The notes under the pieces were generated by a model. The model was not told where the DNA came from. It saw only the letters and a program-made list of their open reading frames with translations, and made no database searches. Positions 62,630 through 64,000 of a DNA stretch of 64,000 bases are shown piece by piece; position 1 is the stretch's first letter; the number at the start of each line of letters is the position of its first letter. The DNA is taken from assembly GCA_043228905.1 (NCBI GenBank), contig JBHGNT010000005.1, positions 18,042,001 through 18,106,000 on the forward strand, given 5' to 3'. The position numbers and the translations under genes are program-made. This DNA comes from Azolla caroliniana. Its lineage: Eukaryota > Plantae > Polypodiophyta.

Positions 62630-63685
62630 TTGTGTTACAAGTACTATTCAGTATGCACAAAGAGAACAGAGAGATGTATATGGAAATGAGAAGATCTTAC
62701 ATTAATCAACATCACATTGTACATGGTGGAATGCCTCCTATTTATACATGAGAGGGCTCTCTTAGCCCTAACTCCAAGGAAGTGTACACACTAGGACTTA
62801 CAATATTAGGAGTAGGATTTTTAGCCCAACAAAATCCCATGTCAAAGGACTACTCTAATTGATACAAGAATTCGGTAGGAATCTCCTCTGTAGGCCTAAG
62901 TGCAATCTACGTAGAAATACAAGCTAGGAATCAAGAGTAGTTGGAGAGGGTACGTAGAGTCGGTTTGATGCTCCATCGGCTCGATCGACTTCGTGCTCTG
63001 TCGGTCTCGATCGGCTTGGTGCTTTGTGGCTCTTTCGGCCCTTCTCCTACTTCCTTTGATTTAGTTATTTGGTTTTGTTTGCTTGTTGTAGTCCCATCTA
63101 TCAACTTGGTCAGGCAATTGGCGATGTTCACCTCGGTGTCGATCTTTTAGATTTTGAGCTTCTTGTTAGCAATGAGCTCCTGAATGTGATGAAACCTCAC
63201 CTCTATGTGCTTCACCTTTGCATGATAGACTGGATTCTGCATGAGGTGTATTGTACTCTTTGAGTCGCAATGCAGGATCGGAGTGATTTGGACAATTCGG
63301 CTCATGGTCGAAAAGTAATCCGTCAGTCGTTACAGGCAAATAACTTCTTTTGCTTATTTGGACGCAACTATGTATTCGGCCTCTGCTGTAGAGAGAGTTG
63401 TACACTCTTGAAGTTTCGATCGATCTCCATGATATTGCTCAGCCTGCATAGGTGAACACATATCCTAAGGTCGACTTCAGATTCTCAGAGTTTTCGGCAT
63501 AGTCGGAGTAGGTGTAGCCTTCAACCTTGGTTGGATGTCCCAAACCAAATGTCAGTTGCATATTCTCCGTTTCTCGAAGGTAGCATAATATTTTCTTGAT
63601 GGCTTCCCAATGCGTCTTCCCTAGGTTCGACATATACTGACTGGTAGCACTTACGACATAAGTGAGATCAAGTCGGGTGGTGATT
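62630..63685 (-). mobile_element. Copia late RT/RNase H remnant with probable 3' LTR
   Basis: 'MSNLGKTHWEAIKKIL', 'VEGYTYSDYA', 'NPVYHAKVKHIEVRFH', 'NIANCLTK'. LTR limits are uncertain. Confidence 0.75.
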
Positions 63686-64000
63686 TCTATATATTATCAG
63701 CTTAATCCACAAATTCTGGGGAATCATAGCTCATTGGCGCCCAAAGTCCCCAATCTCCCTAGACCCTAGACAAAGAGTCTCTTGGGACATTATCTAATCT
63801 AATACATTTAGGTCTTAATCCACTATGCTTGTAGGTTAATACCCACCATGGAAATAACATAATGTTACATAATAATCAACTTATCATGTCATGGGAATCA
63901 TAATATGATATTATGACCTAATCATAACTTAATCAATCATACATGCCTGAGATAATCAAAATGTAATGTTAGTTTCCTAACCTAATTAGCAGGAAATTCA

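Overview
This is eukaryotic, AT-rich, transposon-dense nuclear DNA from a land plant. The PLS-type PPR remnant, the intron-rich STT3A fragment and the element families suggest a non-seed plant such as a fern (inference). Roughly three quarters of the window is nested LTR retrotransposons. Ty1/copia: two multi-level nests of decayed elements, one of which hosts an intact, very young copia (16003-21341, LTRs identical apart from one TC unit). Ty3/gypsy: a young non-chromoviral element with a 4-bp TSD and an Ala-type PBS (33213-38042), and a truncated chromovirus. A non-coding 2.4-kb LTR element (22908-25320, minus strand) has a 'PBS' complementary to its own predicted transcript start, i.e. Tf1-style self-priming, and a 27-bp collapsed copy of its termini lies nearby. 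Three hAT-type MITEs with 8-bp TSDs are present. Host genes: one apparently intact 4-exon LYRM1-like gene (minus strand), a frameshifted 5-exon STT3A fragment and a decayed PPR fragment. No rRNA, tRNA or CRISPR features were seen. Coordinates were read by eye; the boundaries of decayed elements are approximate.
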